From assembly GCA_964016885.1 (NCBI GenBank), contig OZ024756.1, forward strand, positions 15,128,001 to 15,192,000: DNA of 64,000 nucleotides, written 5' to 3'. Origin of the DNA: Eledone cirrhosa (lineage: Eukaryota). The first letter of the stretch is position 1. Each line of letters opens with the position of its first letter. The notes beneath the pieces were generated by a model that saw only the letters and a list, made by a program, of their open reading frames with translations, made no database searches and was not told where the DNA came from. The translations under genes were made by a program, and so were the position numbers. Positions 52,465-64,000 of the stretch are shown here, one piece after another.

Positions 52465-53508
52465 TTTAACCCTTCCATTTCCATATTTCTAATGAAAGAC
52501 ACTGTCTATGTCATTAACCCTTTCATTACCATATTTCTAATGAAAGACACTGTCAATGTCATTAACCCTTTTACTACCATATTTCTAGTGAAAGACACAG
52601 CCTGTCATTACCATATTTCTAATGAAAGACACTGCCTATGTCATTAACCCTTTCCTTACCATATTTCTAATGAAAGACACTGCCTATGTCATTAACCCTT
52701 TCATTACCATATTTCTAATGAAAGACACTGTCTATGTCATTAACCCTTTCCTTACCATATTTCTAATGAAAGACACTGCCTATGTCATTAACCCTTTCAT
52801 TACCATATTTCTAATGAAAGACACTGCCTATGTCATTAACCCTTTCCTTACCATATTTCTAATGAAAGACACTGTCTATGTCATTAACCCTTTCCTTACC
52901 ATATTTCTAATGAAAGACACTGCCTATGTCATTAACCCTTTCCTTACCATATTTCTAATGAAAGACACTGCCTATGTCATTAACCCTTTCATTACCATAT
53001 TTCTAATGAAAGACACTGCCTATGTCATTAACCCTTTCATTACCATATTTCTAATGAAAGACACTGTCTATGTCATTAACCCTTTCCTTACCATATTTCT
53101 AATGAAAGACACTGCCTATGTCATTAACCCTTTCCTTACCATATTTCTAATGAAAGACACTGTCTATGTCATTAACCCTTTCCTTACCATATTTCTAATG
53201 AAAGACACTGCCTATGTCATTAACCCTTTCCTTACCATATTTCTAATGAAAGACACTGCCTATGTCATTAACCCTTTCATTACCATATTTCTAATGAAAG
53301 ACACTGTCTATGTCATTAACCCTTTCATTACCATATTTCTAATGAAAGACACTGCCTATGTCATTAACCCTTTCCTTACCATATTTCTAATGAAAGACAC
53401 TGCCTATGTCTTTAACCCTTTAGATAAATATAAACACTTTAAAATAAACAGCTTTCTATGGTAGAACCAGGAGTGGTTTCAGATGGTTTGGTATTGAAAG
53501 GATTATAA
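52465..53508 (-). repeat. 48-bp minisatellite array 3 with attached MITE family 2 5' end, in MROH1 intron
   Basis: Reverse complement of the same unit (about 20 copies); 53420-53508 resembles the reverse complement of 5343-5420. Confidence 0.9.
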
Positions 53509-53737
53509 CCCATTTTTATTTAGCATTTACATCACACTATATTTACTATAACATTTTCACAGTAAAGGCTTTATCTCGCATAAATATCTCACATAATATC
53601 AAATCTATGAGATTTTGTTATTTATTTTGAGAACAATACCTTAAAGTTGGTATAAGTGGCTGGTTATGGCCAGTTTGAATGGAAACAGGTATGAGAATTC
53701 TGGCCGATTACAACTGGTTTAAATGCTAATGGTTTAA
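53506..53737 (+). mobile_element. piggyBac-like MITE family 1 copy (degenerate ends)
   Basis: Body matches 4247-4474. Confidence 0.75.
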
Positions 53738-53777
53738 TAAAAGTTCTGGCTTCAAAATGGTTAAGAATTATCATTAC

Positions 53778-53880
53778 CTGAGAACATGGCAGCATTGGCA
53801 CGAATTTCTGACCAAATACTGTTGTAGAATGACATACAAGACAATAGGTATTGGTTTATTTTATCTGGCATCTCCTTAAT
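53778..53880 (-). CDS. MROH1: MROH1 exon
   Basis: tttcAG / GTAAT; 103 nt, phase 0 to 1; IKEMPDKINQYLLSCMSFYNSIWSEIRANAAMFS(G). Confidence 0.92.
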
Positions 53881-53939
53881 CTGAAAGTAAAAAGACACGT
53901 ACCTCATATCAATCAGACATTGGCTACGGTGCATATATA

Positions 53940-54039
53940 CACGGTGTCCCAACAAAATGTATACACACTTTGATTGCCTGTACAGGCAATATTTATTAGA
54001 ATGTTGTTGAAGTGTCTATATATTTTTCGAAACACCCTG
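53940..54039. mobile_element. Tc1/mariner-type MITE copy
   Basis: TA-CACGGTGTCC...AACACCCTG-TA; body matches 19370-19466. Confidence 0.75.
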
Positions 54040-54230
54040 TATGTATGTATGTATGTATGTATGTATGTATGTATGTATGTATGTATGTATGTATGTATGT
54101 ATGTATGTATGTATGTATGTATGTATATATATATATATATATATACACACACTAACTCTGCATGAATCCCATTGCATCAAGCTTACAACCTTCTGGTAAA
54201 GTTTCAACTAAATAACAATATTATTAATAA

Positions 54231-54318
<88 letters not shown>

Positions 54319-54426
54319 GTATGCGTGTGCATATATGGATATATATGTGTATACATATATATACACATACATGCATATATTAATGTACAAACAATTAATG
54401 TACATATATGAATATATATATACATA

Positions 54427-54673
54427 TGGAGGCACATGGCTTAGTGGTTAGGGCATTGGCCTTGCAATCGAAAAGTTGTGAGTTCAATTCCAAGACCGGG
54501 TGATGTGTTGTTTCCTTGAGCAAGACACTTTATTTCACATTGCTCCAGTTTACTCAGCTGTAGAAATGAGATGATAGGGACTGGGTCCCTATCATTCCAC
54601 TGCAAAGTGGACGTGGAGGTGCCACGGCAAAAAAAGCACCCAGCACTCACTGTAAATGAGGTTGGTGTTAGGA
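54427..54673 (+). mobile_element. SINE-A lacking 3' tail, followed by CAC/AAC low-complexity tract
   Basis: Head and body match 48462 onward; breaks at ggtgttaggaa. Confidence 0.85.
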
Positions 54674-54950
54674 ACCACTACCCACCACACCACCAACAAC
54701 AACCACCACTCCACCACCCACCAACAACTACCACTACCTCCCCCCACTCCAACACCAAACGGCCACACCACCACTACCACTACACCACCAACAACAACCA
54801 CTACTCCACCACCCACCACCACCAACAGCCACACCACCACTACCCACCACACCACCAACAACAACCACCACCACCACACCACCACTACCAGCCACACCAC
54901 CACTACCCACCACACCACCCACCCAAACACCAAACCAGATGTTCTCTTAC

Positions 54951-55085
54951 AATCAATTTGGAAATGTCATTCATAAATTCTCCATAATACAGGTTGGCAT
55001 CATCCAACAGAAGTTTCTGGAATTTCTCATCAATCTTTGGACAGTCTAGTAAGGTTCCTAGGGACCGCAATGTGAATTTACAGGC
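54951..55085 (-). CDS. MROH1: MROH1 exon
   Basis: poly-T tAG / GTAAG; 135 nt, phase 0-0; ACKFTLRSLGTLLDCPKIDEKFQKLLLDDANLYYGEFMNDISKLI. Confidence 0.92.
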
Positions 55086-55760
55086 CTAAAAAAAAAAAAA
55101 AGAAAAAAATACACATATAATCATCACTGTTTTATGTTCATTTTTCTACACTAGCATGGGTTAGACTAGTTGTCCTGTTATGGGCAATGTCAGGTCAGGT
55201 AACCATGCCTTGCTCATACAGAACTGATTTTGACTTGGTTTCTACAGTTAGATGCCTTCCCTAAAGCGAGATAGATAGATAGATATAGATGGCCAGTCTG
55301 CTGATATGCAAATCTGGCTGATCAGTGGATCTGCTAATATGCAGATCTGACTGACTGATCAGCCAGTCTGCTAATATGCAAATCAGGCCAATCAATCACT
55401 GTATATTTTAGAAAATAGCATATATTTTCACTAGCTCTGACAGTTGGCAAGTGAACAGTGAACTGCACTGATGAAGTGTGATACCCAGAAACATTAATGT
55501 CTGCAGTTCTATTTACATGCCAACACAAAAGCAAAAATTAGGAGCTCATTCTACTGCGTACATGGCTTTAAAAAAGAGGCTGTTTGCATAATTGTAAACG
55601 AATCAAATATTATAATATTCGAAAAATTCAGATTACATTTATTGTATTCAGCCATGCAGAGCGATAATTTGAAAAATATTTTTTTTTTAATTTATTTTTA
55701 ATATTTATATCTTTATAGCATGGAAGATAGACGTTAAACGATGATATCTCTCTCTCTATG

Positions 55761-55797
<37 letters not shown>

Positions 55798-56064
55798 CTC
55801 TCAAGGGCGATGACAGACGACCGTGACCTCTGGCGTCATGCAGTAATACAGAAGACCCGACTTCCCACGAGTACAAGCCAAAGCTGAAGCATATAGACTA
55901 TATGCCCCCACCCCTCCCACTGCGAAGTGGGCATGGAGGTGCCATGGCAAAAAAAGCACGCAGCCCACACTGTAAAATGAACGTGTAGGTGCCCCGGAAA
56001 AAAGCTCCCAGCACTCACTGTAAATGAAGTGTGTGCACGTGTTCAGAGTCCATATCAGTGGATG

Positions 56065-56121
<57 letters not shown>

Positions 56122-56399
56122 TATACACACAGACAGAGACATCTGTTCAGTCGTCAACCAAAATTAGATTGTCATCTGCTTTGTATGAAATTTCTTTATG
56201 AATATTTCTAATAAGTTGTTGCCTCGTTTTGGAGGACTGAGTTGTGGGAAGAGGAAGGGGAGTAGTGGGTGGGAGGGTTTAACATACAGTAGTAGTATCT
56301 CCTCTTCCTTCTCTCTCACTGAAACGTCTTCTCTTTCCTCCTCCATTGTAAAGATGTCCCCAGGGGTTCCATTATTGATTTTTTTTTATTGAAATCCAA

Positions 56400-56520
56400 T
56401 TAGCCAGTCCTGTTTCTCAATATTAGCTTAACATATGTGTAAAGTTTCATCAGGATCGGATCACTAGTGTAGGCACCAACTGGTCATACACAGACAGAAA
56501 TTGCCATTTATATAGGAGAG
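56400..56520 (+). mobile_element. Possible non-autonomous Helitron-like 3' end
   Basis: aaagtttcatcaggatcgg...acagacagaaattgccatttatatag resembles DINE/Lep1-type termini. Confidence 0.35.
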
Positions 56521-57448
56521 AGAGAGAGAGAGATGTTTTAATACCTAACCAACTGAAACTGTTTGTGGTTCTATGACACAAAACTGTTTATTTTAAGGTG
56601 TTTAGATTTATCATTACAATGCAAAGATGAAGAATAGGGAGGGGGGGGGGGGTCACAGCCCCAGTACTACATGCATGTGGTTAGAATGGCTAAAGAAAGA
56701 ATCACTGGACATGTTTTACAAACAAAGCTAACCAGCAGGAAACCTTGAGGTAGACCATGATCAAGATGTTTGGATAACATCCATAAGCTCAGTTGATCTC
56801 ACATGGTGATCCAGTCAGATCATGGTTGCTTCTGATTGAACCCTCTTGAAGGACTACCCCTGGGCAAAGAAGATGAAGGAGACTTTTGTATTCTAGAATC
56901 AGGGGCAATTCCAGGAAGTTTGCCATTAACCTGTTGACTGCCACATATTTTACACAGCTACAGTTGCTGAACCAGGTTTTTTTTCAGTAAAATAACTATT
57001 TTTTAAAACAAACATTTATTAACAACACATATCTGAATGATTGACAACCGTCACTTCAATAAACTAGTAACCCCATCTAGTTTTGAAGTTATGAACTGTT
57101 GGAAACGAGTTCATAACTTTGAAGTTGTGAACTGTTGGAAACCAGTTAGAATGAGTTATCTCGTTTACAGCACTGAAGAGGTTAAAAGGGTTAAACATGA
57201 TCAGGTTCAGTATCCTGAGATCAGCTTTCACCATATCTCCCCCCTCCCACTGCCCTCATTTGGATCTCCAGGCACGTCTTCACCCAAATCCCATCATCCA
57301 TACACATCACATCTCTGTACCAGAGCAGCCCTCTCCCTCTCTCTTGCACATGGCATCTGATGACATAACTTACAGTGAGGGAGCAGAAGAAGAAATAAGA
57401 TATGACAAAGTGGTAATAAGTCCCATGAGTAGGTGAAGATGTTCCTAC

Positions 57449-57604
57449 CTTGCGTACGTCTATTTCAGCATCATTTAAATGTAAGAGTAAACTAACAAAA
57501 TTCGAATGGATTTGTTCCAATATGGCTGCTTTCGACTGTCCACCACCAAACCTGGACAGATTACCAAAGAGTAGGATCGCTTGAGCACGCACACAAGGCA
57601 CTTC
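57449..57604 (-). CDS. MROH1: MROH1 exon
   Basis: ttacAG / GTAGG; 156 nt, phase 0-0; EVPCVRAQAILLFGNLSRFGGGQSKAAILEQIHSNFVSLLLHLNDAEIDVRK (LFG.L and LLLHL.D motifs). Confidence 0.93.
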
Positions 57605-57695
57605 CTGTAAAGTTGCATGTTGGGAAGAAAAAAAAGACAGTTTAACTCTTTAAATCTTGTAATGACTTAGTAGAAAATATCTAAAAACAGGTTTG

Positions 57696-57921
57696 TTAAC
57701 CCTTTACCATTTACAGTAATCTATATATACTACTGTATTTTCACAGTAAAGGCTTTACCTTACATAATTATCTCACATAATATTGAATTTATGAGATTTT
57801 GATATTTGTTTTCAGAACAATACCTTAACATAAGTATGAGCAGCCAGTTATGGCCGGTTTGCACAGAAAGAGATGAGAGAATTCTGGCCGGATACGGCCA
57901 GTTTAAATGTTAAAGAATTAA
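57696..57921 (+). mobile_element. piggyBac-like MITE family 1 copy
   Basis: TTAA at both ends; empty-site paralog near 44368-44460. Confidence 0.85.
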
Positions 57922-57999
57922 GTTAAATGTTGACAATATTTTTACTATTAGAGAGATTGTCGTAAAAATTTGTAATACTACACTAAAGACTATAATTTT

Positions 58000-58183
58000 T
58001 AATTGTTTCTACTTTTGGCACAAGGCCAGCAATTATCCCAGTGTATTACTGGTACTTTATTTTACCAACCCCGTAAGAATGAAAAGCAAAGTTAACCTCG
58101 GCGGGATTTGAACTCAGATCATAAAGGGCCATAACTCTTTGCGTCAAAGCATGGTGTCCGTCCCTCTACCGATACTGCCAATC
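58000..58183 (-). mobile_element. SINE-B copy
   Basis: Matches 49-256; flanked by ctataatttttaat duplication. Confidence 0.85.
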
Positions 58184-58439
58184 TATAATTTTTAATGCGA
58201 AACAGTCACAGTGCTGTTTTGTATTTTTTAAGAATGTCCTTCTCATATTGTTTCATGTGCTTTGTTAATTCAACTGTTTGTAGTATCTTCAGTATTGGAC
58301 AGATGATCATAAAAATGTGTAGTATTACTGTAAAGATTGTAATTGTTATTGAAATGCAGCCATAGTGCTGTTTTATGTCTCCAGAATGTCTTTTTGATGT
58401 GGTATCATGTGGTACAGGTCATTAAGAGTCGAGTTAAAG

Positions 58440-58761
58440 CAGAGGTTCTCAAAGCGGGCGCTACTGCACAATAGGGTGCGTTGAGAAGATCCAGGGGGTG
58501 CAGGGGTCTAAGGAGGCAGTGGAGGGGCGGTAGAGCTGATATAATAGTATATTAAATATCAAATGATACATATTATATATATAATATTTATTTATTTATA
58601 CATTGTATATATATTTATTATATATAAATTAACGATTTTATTTATTATATATTATTTGCAATTTGCATGTAGGCAGGTCTCTCTGGAAATAGGGTTGGGG
58701 GGTGCTAGGGTACTATGTGGCCATGAGTGGAGCGGTGGCCCAAAAAGTTTGAGAACCTCCG
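58440..58761. mobile_element. hAT/Charlie-type MITE
   Basis: CAGAGGTTCTCAAA ... TTTGAGAACCTCCG; TSD not clear. Confidence 0.7.
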
Positions 58762-59039
58762 AGTGTCCCAAACATAAAGGAGTGGGAGGGGGTAATACAT
58801 GATGCAAGTTTCATTGGAGTTTATAAGAGCAGGCATGGCCATGGGGTTAAGCAGTTCTCTTCACAACCACACTGTCTCACTGAACGACACCTTGGGCAAG
58901 TCTCTTCTACCATATCTTCATGTTGACAAATGTCTTGTGTGAGTGTATATTTGTGTTAGGGCATCTGTATGCACGCATGCATGTGTGCGTTCATGTTTGG
59001 TGTCCTATAGTTTGATGATAGTAATGAATATGCTGACCA

Positions 59040-59134
<95 letters not shown>

Positions 59135-59224
59135 TGAGTGTGAGTGTGTGTGTCTTCCATAGTTTGATGATGATGATGCTAAACATGGTGACCAAAGACT
59201 GACCAACTAAACCAACCACCATAC

Positions 59225-59413
59225 CTTCTCGAAACATGGACGAATTTTCAGGATGACGTTGATAAGGATGGATCGTATGTCTTCCTCATCAATGACCGAC
59301 ATGACACGAGACAGTCCACCCATAGCCTCCATGGTGATGCTGTCATTGATGTCCTCTTTGTCATCCAGACCAGACATCAGAGCCGACAGGACAGTTGTGG
59401 AATATTTCTGGAT
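59225..59413 (-). CDS. MROH1: MROH1 exon
   Basis: aAG / GTATG; 189 nt, phase 0-0; IQKYSTTVLSALMSGLDDKEDINDSITMEAMGGLSRVMSVIDEEDIRSILINVILKIRPCFEK. Confidence 0.92.
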
Positions 59414-59894
59414 CTTTCATTGTAGAATGGACAAAGAGAGAGAGAGAGATGAAATAGAAGTAAAGAAGATTTAACTCTGCATCATAACACCACCACACCA
59501 CACCATACCTTAACATCATAACATCACCACATCATACCTTAACATCATAACACCACAACACCACACCTTAACATCATAACACCACCACACCACACCATAC
59601 CTTAACATCATAACATCACCACACCATACCATCATAACACCACAACACCACACCTCTATATCCAACATCACAACTACATCACAACACCCAACATCACAAC
59701 TCTACATCACAATATACCACAACACCTAACACCACAACTCTACATCACAACACAACACTACGCCATACCACAATATCCAACACCACAACTCTACATGACA
59801 ACACCACAACACCACGCCATACCACAATATCCAACACCATAACTCTACATCATAACTTCGCATTCAGCATCATAGCTCTACACGAAACTTATAT

Positions 59895-61865
59895 CATAAC
59901 TTTATATCTGGTCATAGGACTACCACCCATCACAGCCTCTCTCTCTGTTCAGTAGTACACTAAGATGTTGCACTGTTATAACTATATATCTCTGGTCATA
60001 GGACTACCACCCATCACAGCCTCTCTCTGTGTTCAGTAGTACACTCAGATGTACTGTCATATAACTATATATCTCTAGTCATAGGACTACCACCCATCAC
60101 AGCCTCTATCTCTTCAGTAGTACACTAAGATGTTGTACTGTCATATAACTATATATCTCTAGTCATAGGACTACCACCCATCACAGCCTCTCTCTCTGTT
60201 CAGTAGTACACTAAGATGTACTGTCATATAACTATATATCTCTGGTCATAGGACTACCACCCATCAAAGCCTCTCTCTCTGTTCAGTAGTACACTAAGAT
60301 GTTGTACTGTCATATAACTATATATCTCTAGTCATAGGACTACCACCCATCACAGCCTCTCTCTCTGTTCAGTAGTACACTAAGATGTACTGTCATATAA
60401 CTATATATCTCTAGTCATAGGACTACCACCCATCACAGCCTCTCTCTCTGTTCAGTAGTACACTAAGATGTTGTACTGTCATATAACTATATATCTCTGG
60501 TCATAGGACTACCACCCATCACTGCCTCTCTGTTCAGTAGTACACTAAGATGTTGTACTGTCATAACTATATATCTCTAGTCATAGGACTACCACCCATC
60601 ACAGCCTCGCTCTCTGTTCAGTAGTACATTAAGATGTACTGTCATATAACTATATATCTCTGGTCATAGGACTACCACCCATCACAGCCTCTCTCTCTGT
60701 TCAGTAGTACACTAAGATGTTGTACTGTCATATAACTATATATCTCTGGTCATAGGACTACCACCCATCACAGCCTCTCTCTCTGTTCAGTAGTACACTA
60801 AGATGTTGTACTGTCATATAACTATATATCTCTGGTCATAGGACTACCACCCATCACAGCCTCTCTCTCTGTTCAGTAGTACACTCAGATGTACTGTCAT
60901 ATAACTATATATCTCTGGTCATAGGACTACCACCCATCACTGCCTCTCTGTTCAGTAGTATACTAAGATGTTGTACTGTCATATAACTATATATCTCTGG
61001 TCATAGGACTACCACCCATCACAGCCTCTATCTCTTCAGTAGTACACTAAGATGTTGAACTGTCATATAACTATATATCTCTGGTCATAGGACTACCACC
61101 CATCACTGCCTCTCTCTCTGTTCAGTAGTACACTAAGATGTTGTACTGTCATATAACTATATATCTCTGGTCATAGGACTACCACCCATCACTGCCTCTA
61201 TCTCTTCAGTAGAACACTAAGATGTTGTACTGTCATATAACTATATATCTCTGGTCATAGGACTACCACCCATCACAGCCTCTCTGTTCAGTAGTACACT
61301 AAGATGTTGTACTGTCATAACTATGTATCTCTAGTCATAGGACTACCACCCATCACAGCATCGCTCTCTGTTCAGTAGTACATTAAGATGTACTGTCATA
61401 TAACTATATATCTCTGGTCATAGGACTACCACCCATCACAGCCTCTATCTCTTCAGTAGTACACTAAGATGTTGTACTGTCATATAACTATATATCTCTA
61501 GTCATAGGACTACCACCCATCACAGCCTCTATCTCTTCAGTAGTACACTAAGATGTTGTACTGTCATATAACTATATATCTCTGGTCATAGGACTACCAC
61601 CCATCACAGCCTCTATCTCTTCAGTAGAACACTAAGATGTTGTACTCTCATATAACTTTATATCTCTGGTCATAGGACTACCACCATCACAGCCTCTCTG
61701 TTCAATAGTACACTAAGATGTTATACTGTCATATAACTATATATCTCTGGTCATAGGACCACCACCCATCACAGCCTCTCTCTCTGTTCAGTAGTACACT
61801 CAGATGTACTGTCATAACTATATATCTCTGGTCATAGGACTACCAACCATCACAGCTGCTCTCTA
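59895..61865. repeat. 82-86-bp minisatellite filling an MROH1 intron
   Basis: ggtcataggactaccacccatcacagcc(tc)ntgttcagtagtacactaagatg, about 23 units. Confidence 0.95.
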
Positions 61866-61925
61866 TGATCAGTGATATACAGTAAGACACAACATTGTCA
61901 TATATATATATATATATATACTTAC

Positions 61926-62072
61926 TAAGTCCTTTCCCATGCTAGCTATGTTACCAAGACCTCGAATGCAATACATTCGGACGATATGCGAACTGTCCAC
62001 CATACGACTCAGTAAACCATTGATTATTGACTCAATTAGGGCAGTTTTCTCTGGGCATTTCTGGTTGATGAG
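61926..62072 (-). CDS. MROH1: MROH1 exon
   Basis: ctgcAG / GTAAG; 147 nt, phase 0-0; LINQKCPEKTALIESIINGLLSRMVDSSHIVRMYCIRGLGNIASMGKDL (HEAT repeat, RGLGN motif). Confidence 0.92.
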
Positions 62073-62358
62073 CTGCAGAAATACATTAAAAAGTAACATA
62101 GAAAATAGATTTACAAGACATTGTAGGAAAGTGGCGGGGTAGAGTATTTATATATGTGGGTGTACAGTCTGTTAAGTGGTAGAGCTCATGCTACAATAAA
62201 CAAACAAGCAAGCAAACAAATTTATAGATATAGATATATATAGATATATATATATATTTATATATTTATAGAATTTACAGAAAAACTCATAAGAGACAAG
62301 CACATGGACAATTCCCAGTCATCAGCTGTCTTCTGGGGATCATTATAGTTTCAGATGC

Positions 62359-62392
<34 letters not shown>

Positions 62393-62544
62393 ATATATAT
62401 GTGTATATATATGTGTGTATATATATATATGTGTATATATATGTGTGTGTGTGTGCGTGTGTGTATATATATATATATGTGTGTATATATGTGTATGTAT
62501 GTGTGTGTATATATATATGCGTGTGAAATTCAGTAGCAATAGAA

Positions 62545-62707
62545 GCTTTCGTCATAATTTTGACTAAAGAAATTTAGCCTTATAGTGGGGTTTAAAACCC
62601 TTTAAAATGGAAAAGGGTGAGTAGTCAATACTCATCCTTTTCCATTTTAGAGGGATTTAAACCCCACTATCAGGCTAAATTTCTTTAGTCAAAAATACGG
62701 CGAAAGC
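62545..62707. repeat. Imperfect fold-back with about 78-bp arms and 5-nt loop, between TA tracts
   Basis: gctttcg...gagta gtcaa tactc...cgaaagc; single-arm relative at 29445-29505. Confidence 0.85.
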
Positions 62708-62759
62708 CAATTCCACTAAATTTTAAACTTCACTTGCTGTCTTCAAAACAAACGCTTGC

Positions 62760-62801
<42 letters not shown>

Positions 62802-62943
62802 GGTTGGTAGACAGATTAGAGAGAGAGAAAGGAAGAGAGACTGACAGACAGGTAGATAAATAGATAGACAGATAGACAGCAAGAAAGACAACTCAGCCAA
62901 TAAATTAGAGAAAGTAAAGAGAAAAAAGAAGTTGCAGATTTAC

Positions 62944-63058
62944 CTCAGCATAGAAAGCAGCAGTAACTATTCTCTGGGGTTCGTGATAGCTAGGTAATGC
63001 AGGGTGTAAAGTAATAACGATCTGAGGTATGATGTTGGGGTTGTTTTGTGAAAGGGTT
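62944..63058 (-). CDS. MROH1: MROH1/HEATR7A internal exon (first seen in window; gene continues beyond right edge)
   Basis: ttttacAG acceptor, GTAA donor; 115 nt, phase 2 to 0; encodes TLSQNNPNIIPQIVITLHPALPSYHEPQRIVTAAFYAE, resembling the MROH1 'QRVTTTAFLAE' HEAT segment. Confidence 0.9.
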
Positions 63059-63558
63059 CTGTAAAAAGATAGAGTTAAACTAATTAAGGTGTTGTAACGA
63101 TAATGTAATGATGGATATCAGACAAGTATGGTAGCTACGGTGGTGATTTGATTGAGGCACGGTTTTCCGTCTTCTAAGTTCAAATCATGCCAAGATCAAC
63201 TCTGCTTTTCCTCTTTTATTTTTTAGGGGACAGAGCATAAAATACAATTCTAGTGGAGCAGGGCTGGTGGAATTGATAGAATATTGGACAAGAATCCTTT
63301 TAATATCTGTTCCAGCAATCTGAGATCCGAGTTCAAATTCCACATTTCATCCTTTCAGGGGTCACTAAAATAAAATATCAGTCCAGCAGGGGCAGTGGAT
63401 TGGTGTTAGAGCATCAGAGAAGAATCCTTTCCAGATCTCTGAGCTCAAATGCTACCTTTCACTTTTTCAGGGGTCACTAAAATAAAGTACTAGTCCCAGT
63501 TGTAGTAGGCTGTGATAGGCGAGACATTTCACTACTATTTCTATCAGATCAAGTGACC

Positions 63559-63895
63559 ATCATCATCATCATTTTACGTCCACTTTTCCCTGCTTGCAAG
63601 GGTGGGACGGGAACTGATTCTGGCTTGATTTCTACAGCTGGATGCCCTTCCTAACACCAACCTCATTTACAGTGAGTGCTGGGTGCTTTTTTGCCGTGGC
63701 ACCTCCATGACCACTTTGCAGTGGAATGATAGCGACCCCAGTCCCTATCATCTCATTTCTACAGCTGAGTAAACTGGAGCAATGTGAAATAAAGTGTCTT
63801 GCTCAAGGAAACAACACATCACCCGGTCTGAGAATTGAACTCACAACCTTTCGATTGCAAGGCCAATGCTCTAACCACTAAGCCATGTGCCTCCA
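63559..63895 (-). mobile_element. SINE-A full-length copy
   Basis: Near-identical to 4976-5321. Confidence 0.9.
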
Positions 63896-64000
63896 TGTAG
63901 GGATTTTTTTTTAATCTCTCTCCTTTCTGAAAATGGTGGTGATGTTGCCTGGTTACAATATAACAGTTCTCATACTTTACAACAACTTTGTTTATTTAAC

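Overview
AT-rich, microsatellite- and transposon-dense animal genomic DNA; the repeat content suggests an octopod cephalopod (inference). Two conserved spliced genes lie on the minus strand. One is the 3' end of MROH1/HEATR7A (8 coding exons, 63058 to 44141, with stop). The other is the 5' end of a kinesin-3 (KIF28/KLP-6-like) gene (16364 to 7060, running off the left edge; absent from the ORF track as a gene). Between them is a phase-consistent five-exon plus-strand ORF of unknown family (31476-35843). Its first four exons form a 270-nt phase-0/0 block bracketed by a long inverted repeat with an apparently identical core. The rest is decayed LINEs (Tx1/L1-like, RTE with PHD-like finger, CR1/L2 and CRE fragments), tRNA-derived SINEs, piggyBac-like, hAT and Tc1 MITEs, and minisatellites, several visibly derived from TE termini. 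Fold-back elements sit in (TA)n tracts, and some related segments carry type I hammerhead ribozyme motifs. Almost all long ORFs in the track are repeat artefacts. All calls were made by eye without database searches.
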